A stretch of 55,122 nucleotides of DNA from a virus. Its lineage: Duplodnaviria > Caudoviricetes. The notes beneath the pieces were generated by a model. It had not been told where the DNA came from. It was given only the letters and a program-made list of their open reading frames with translations, and searched no databases. The DNA lies in IMG/VR virus record IMGVR_UViG_3300048800_000064, positions 1 to 55,122 of that record; one strand, 5' to 3'. This document shows, piece after piece, positions 50,387 to 55,122 of this stretch (the first letter of the stretch is position 1; every line of letters starts with the position of its first letter). The translations under genes were made by a program, and so were the position numbers.

Positions 50387-51495
50387 CCGCAGTGTCGACG
50401 CGGACCAAGCCGGTGATCCGGCGCACGATGCTCCAGGGGCTCCTTAGTTGCACGGAATGGGCATCGGGTGAGAGTGAGCAGGCAGCTTTTGGCAGCGCCA
50501 TGCACGACGCCATCGCGGCCTATCTGCTGTCGTGTAAGGCGCACCGTGAGGAATCGCGGCTGGCCGACATCGACGAGCTGGCGCGCGACGCCTTCTTCCG
50601 CAAGGCCAGAGGCCTGGATCCCTCCCGGCTCGACGAGTTCAAGGCCCTGCTCGATCGCTTCGCCCGCACCCACACAGCGGACCTCCATAGCCTCATCCAC
50701 CTGGAGCACACGCTCACAACGGACGAGGGCTTCGCGATCCTGACCGGGACCGTTGATCGCCTGGATCGTATCGATGGGGGAGACCCTGACGATCCTCCGA
50801 CGGCCATCCTCATCCGCGACTGGAAGACGAGCTGGGCGCCCGAGCCCCACGCCTTCCAGTTGATGACCTACTCAGCCTTGGCCTGCAAGACGTGGCCGTC
50901 GGTGCAGCTGGTCGCCACTGAAGCTGACCACTTCCGTCTCGGGAGCGCCGGCGTCATCCGAGCCGAGTACTACCGCGAGTGGCTCCTGGAGTGGTGGGAC
51001 GACATCATATTCGGGCTGCGCGCTCGGCTTGACGGCCCCACGGGGACACCGACTGGCGGCGCGGGTTGCCAGTACTGCACCAAGCGGTTCAGCTGCGCCG
51101 CGGCCATCGCTCCGCACAACCTGAGCCCGGAGAACGAGGAGCAGGCGATCGAGATCTTCCAGACCGCCATCCGTCACGAGGCCGCGCTGGACGAATCGAA
51201 GAAGGCGCTCAAGGCGTACTTCGGGGACCGGGATCCGGCGGTGTGGGAGGGGCTGGAAGTCGGCTTCCTGAGCCCCCGGGACCCGTCCTTCAAGGTCGGC
51301 GACATCGAGGCCTTCCGGGGCGCCATGAAGGGCCTCGGTCTCGACCCCGAGCCGGCCATCCATGCGTCAGTCGAGATCAAGGCGGTCCCGTCAGTCGTGC
51401 GGCCGCAGTTGATCGAGGCCGGCGCCGCGCAGATGACGCTCGGAGATCCCGCGTTTAAGTGGAGAAAAGCTCAGGAGGTAGTCAACACCACCTGA
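50383..51495 (+). CDS. PD-(D/E)XK (Cas4/RecB-like) exonuclease
   Basis: FGSAMHDAI, GTVDRLD, IRDWKT, QLMTY, CQYC..C. Confidence 0.85.
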   Translation: MTAVSTRTKPVIRRTMLQGLLSCTEWASGESEQAAFGSAMHDAIAAYLLSCKAHREESRLADIDELARDAFFRKARGLDPSRLDEFKALLDRFARTHTADLHSLIHLEHTLTTDEGFAILTGTVDRLDRIDGGDPDDPPTAILIRDWKTSWAPEPHAFQLMTYSALACKTWPSVQLVATEADHFRLGSAGVIRAEYYREWLLEWWDDIIFGLRARLDGPTGTPTGGAGCQYCTKRFSCAAAIAPHNLSPENEEQAIEIFQTAIRHEAALDESKKALKAYFGDRDPAVWEGLEVGFLSPRDPSFKVGDIEAFRGAMKGLGLDPEPAIHASVEIKAVPSVVRPQLIEAGAAQMTLGDPAFKWRKAQEVVNTT

Positions 51496-51496
51496 G

Positions 51497-51895
51497 ATGT
51501 CGGCTGCCGTCTCTCTCTACGATGCACCACTGAACGCCGCCGACGTTGATAGGCGCGTCCTCTCCCTACTCCGTTTCGGCGCGCCCAACGCCCAGACCTG
51601 CAAGAACATCGGCCACGTCCTTGGCGTGTCGGAGCGGGCTGTGAGGAGCGCCTGCGACCGGCTCATCAAACAGCGCGGTGTCTTGGTCGGGAGCAGCACC
51701 GAGGCGCCCGCTGGCGTGTTCTTGATTGCCACTGAAGCGGAGAGGCTCCGCTACCAGAGGCAGCTGATCAGCCGTCTCCGCGAAGTTGCCGACCGGGCGC
51801 GGCGCGTGCAGCGGCTACCGCTTTATGGCAGGTCACAACCGGCCGACCTGCTCTCGCTGATGAGCGAACCACCGCCGGGATTTGGAGGAGCTTGA
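51497..51895 (+). CDS. Winged-HTH DNA-binding protein
   Basis: TCKNIGHVLGVSERAVRSACDRL..GVFLIATEAE. Confidence 0.75.
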   Translation: MSAAVSLYDAPLNAADVDRRVLSLLRFGAPNAQTCKNIGHVLGVSERAVRSACDRLIKQRGVLVGSSTEAPAGVFLIATEAERLRYQRQLISRLREVADRARRVQRLPLYGRSQPADLLSLMSEPPPGFGGA

Positions 51896-52408
51896 ATGGC
51901 AGACGCGTCTGTGCGCGAGAGGATTGGCCGGGGCCTGCGAGAGGAGGTTGAGGCTGAGGAACCGGACCTGGAAGCCGAGGCGCTTACCGAGGACCTCGAG
52001 GACGAGGCCGCAGTCGGGATCGCTGAGACCGAGGACGACGAGGACGTCGTAGATCTCGAAGAGGCCGACGAGGACCTAGACGTGGAGGCCGTCCGCGAAG
52101 CTGTCGCCCAGAAGCAATGGGCGAAGGATGTCCACGAGTTCGGGGTACGCAACGCCGAGGTCCTGCAGGCCGTCCGTCCGCCACTGATGGAGTTGGGCTG
52201 GAAGGTCAACGCCTTTACCAGCAAGGACAACGACAAGAACCGCGTGCTCACCATCCAGCTGACCGGACGCAGCGCCTTCGCCCAGCTGGGTATGCCCTAC
52301 GACGGCGACGGCGCCGAGCCGTGGGGCAAGTTTGAGAACGCGCCGAAGGGCAAGGAGTACCAGGTCGGCGGCGACGGGGTCGTTCAGTGTCGATGGATCG
52401 GCCGATGA
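51896..52408 (+). CDS. Acidic hypothetical protein
   Basis: GGAGG SD; D/E-rich N-terminal half. Confidence 0.7.
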   Translation: MADASVRERIGRGLREEVEAEEPDLEAEALTEDLEDEAAVGIAETEDDEDVVDLEEADEDLDVEAVREAVAQKQWAKDVHEFGVRNAEVLQAVRPPLMELGWKVNAFTSKDNDKNRVLTIQLTGRSAFAQLGMPYDGDGAEPWGKFENAPKGKEYQVGGDGVVQCRWIGR

Positions 52409-52989
52409 GGGTAGCGACGTCGACGAGGAAGAGGTCGAGCGTGTCGGCGTCGCCGGGCTTGGGCCAGAGTCGGACTTCGATCCCGACGAACTCCCCGAGG
52501 CCTGAGCCTGTGCTGATCCTGGGTCTCGACCTGTCGATGACCTCTGCCGGTTGGGCTCTTCTCAACGACGGACAGCTCGTTGGGTCAGGAACGGTCAAAA
52601 CGGCGCCGCCGACCGATCGGTTCGAACGCATCAATACCATCCTTGCGAGGGTCAAGACTCTCGCGGGCGTCGACCTGGTCGCCATCGAGGGCTACTCGTA
52701 TCAGTCGGCCACCTCGGCTGTCACCGCCGGCGAGCTGGGGGGCGTGGTGCGCTATTGGCTCTTCCTGCGCCGCGTCCCCTACGTCGAGCTGGCCCCCGGC
52801 ACATGGCGAAAGGTCGCCTTCGGCAAGGGGAACCTCAAGAAGGACGAGGTCAGGCTGCAGGCGTCGAAGCGCTATGGCGTGGAGATCGAGAGCATCGATG
52901 CGCTTGAGGCCTGGGCGGTGGGGATGGCAGCATGGCTCAAGCACACGGGTCAGGAGATGCCGGCGATTCCTCGCGGGAAGGTGGCGTGA
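52405..52989 (+). CDS. RuvC-like Holliday junction resolvase (alternative start 52510)
   Basis: ILGLDLSMTSAG, VAIEGY, GKGNLKKDEV, DALEA. Confidence 0.85.
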   Translation: MRVATSTRKRSSVSASPGLGQSRTSIPTNSPRPEPVLILGLDLSMTSAGWALLNDGQLVGSGTVKTAPPTDRFERINTILARVKTLAGVDLVAIEGYSYQSATSAVTAGELGGVVRYWLFLRRVPYVELAPGTWRKVAFGKGNLKKDEVRLQASKRYGVEIESIDALEAWAVGMAAWLKHTGQEMPAIPRGKVA

Positions 52990-53158
52990 CCGAGGACCGC
53001 CTGGCCAAGGCGCTGAGCCTGATCGCGACGTGCGCGGACGCAACGCGGCGGACGGAAGCCATCGTCGATCCGGTGGAGCGCCGCCGGATGCAGGTGCAGA
53101 TCGCGCGGGGGCTGCGCAAGGCTGCGGACTATCTGGATGACCAAGGGCGGCTGAGCGA

Positions 53159-53162
<4 letters not shown>
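52986..53162 (+). CDS. Small hypothetical protein
   Basis: Coupled ORF. Confidence 0.55.
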
Positions 53163-54446
<1,284 letters not shown>

Positions 54447-54480
54447 GCAGCCAGGGGCTCTGGGAGTGGGAGCCGCCAGC

Positions 54481-55122
54481 GTGAGCGACAAGACTGCGAT
54501 CCAGTGGACTGATGCCACCTGGAATCCGGTGACCGGCTGCGATCGCGTCTCGCCGGGCTGCGCGCACTGCTACGCCCTCGACCTAGCGGCCCGGCTTAAG
54601 CAGATGCAGCCGCACCGCTACAAGGTCGACGGCGACCCAAAGACGTCCGGCCCGGGGTTCGGGATGCAGATGTATCCGGAGTCGCTCGACCAGCCGCTGC
54701 GGTGGACGCGGCCGCGTCGGATCTTCGTGAACTCCATGTCCGATCTCTTCCATCCCGAAATCACCGTCGGCTTTGTCTCTGAGATCTTCGCCACGATGGC
54801 GATCGCCAAACGCCACACCTTCCAGGTGCTCACCAAGAGGCCGGAGATCATGAGCCTGCTGCTGCGTAATCCTGGCTTCATCGAGGGTGTGTACCGAGCG
54901 ATCCAGGCTCGAGGGCATTTCCCGCTGACCACGGTCTGGCCGCTCCGCAACGTATGGCTGGGCGTCAGCGTCGAGAACCAGCACTGGGCCGACGTGCGGA
55001 TCCCGCTGCTCCTGGAGACGCCGGCGGCGGTGCAGTTCCTGAGCTGCGAGCCGCTCCTCGGCCCAGTCGACCTCTCGAGGTGGCTAGGCGTTGAGTGGAT
55101 GGACGCCCTCGGTGAGCCGCAC
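54481..55122 (+). CDS. DUF5131 (phage Gp37/Gp68) family protein, 3' truncated
   Basis: IQWTDATWNPVTGCDRVSPGCAHCYA, IFVNSMSDLFH, FQVLTKRP, NVWLGVSVENQ, FLSCEPLLG. Confidence 0.9.
   Translation, partial: MSDKTAIQWTDATWNPVTGCDRVSPGCAHCYALDLAARLKQMQPHRYKVDGDPKTSGPGFGMQMYPESLDQPLRWTRPRRIFVNSMSDLFHPEITVGFVSEIFATMAIAKRHTFQVLTKRPEIMSLLLRNPGFIEGVYRAIQARGHFPLTTVWPLRNVWLGVSVENQHWADVRIPLLLETPAAVQFLSCEPLLGPVDLSRWLGVEWMDALGEPH

Noticed and set aside
50383-51495. Cas4 as part of a CRISPR system
   Set aside because: It is a stand-alone phage exonuclease in a recombination module, with no array or other cas genes

Overview
A GC-rich, near-complete genome of a temperate, long-tailed (siphovirus-like) phage. 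It is in the excised (attP) state and truncated at both window ends. Gene order: LAGLIDADG endonuclease, replication initiator with internal iterons, ParB-like gene, TerS, many small accessory genes including a peptide deformylase, a terminase large subunit split into two separated genes, portal, HTH/2H-phosphoesterase/MuF fusion, a TnpB element on the opposite strand, Mu-like prohead protease-scaffold, capsid, a block of fibre-like genes, neck and tail genes, lysis cassette, two morons, short tyrosine integrase, a tRNA-Phe-derived attP inside the repressor gene, cro, recombination genes, RuvC, a poly-G-frameshifted DNA methylase and a DUF5131 gene. The host is probably a high-GC soil bacterium (Actinomycetota/Chloroflexota/Dormibacterota-like; not determinable here). 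Most notable findings: (1) head proteins built as apparent polyproteins punctuated by a [FLM]-[AS]-E motif, which would release an Acb1-like 2H phosphoesterase and other small domains as capsid cargo; (2) integration is predicted to convert a repressor TGG codon to TGA and remove an AAVA-ending tail (integration-dependent immunity); (3) the split TerL; (4) a phage-specific late promoter GGGCAA-N14-nAnnnT occurring about 10 times, one copy interrupted by the TnpB element and two driving candidate structured small RNAs. All family assignments come from motif recognition by eye; no database searches were run.
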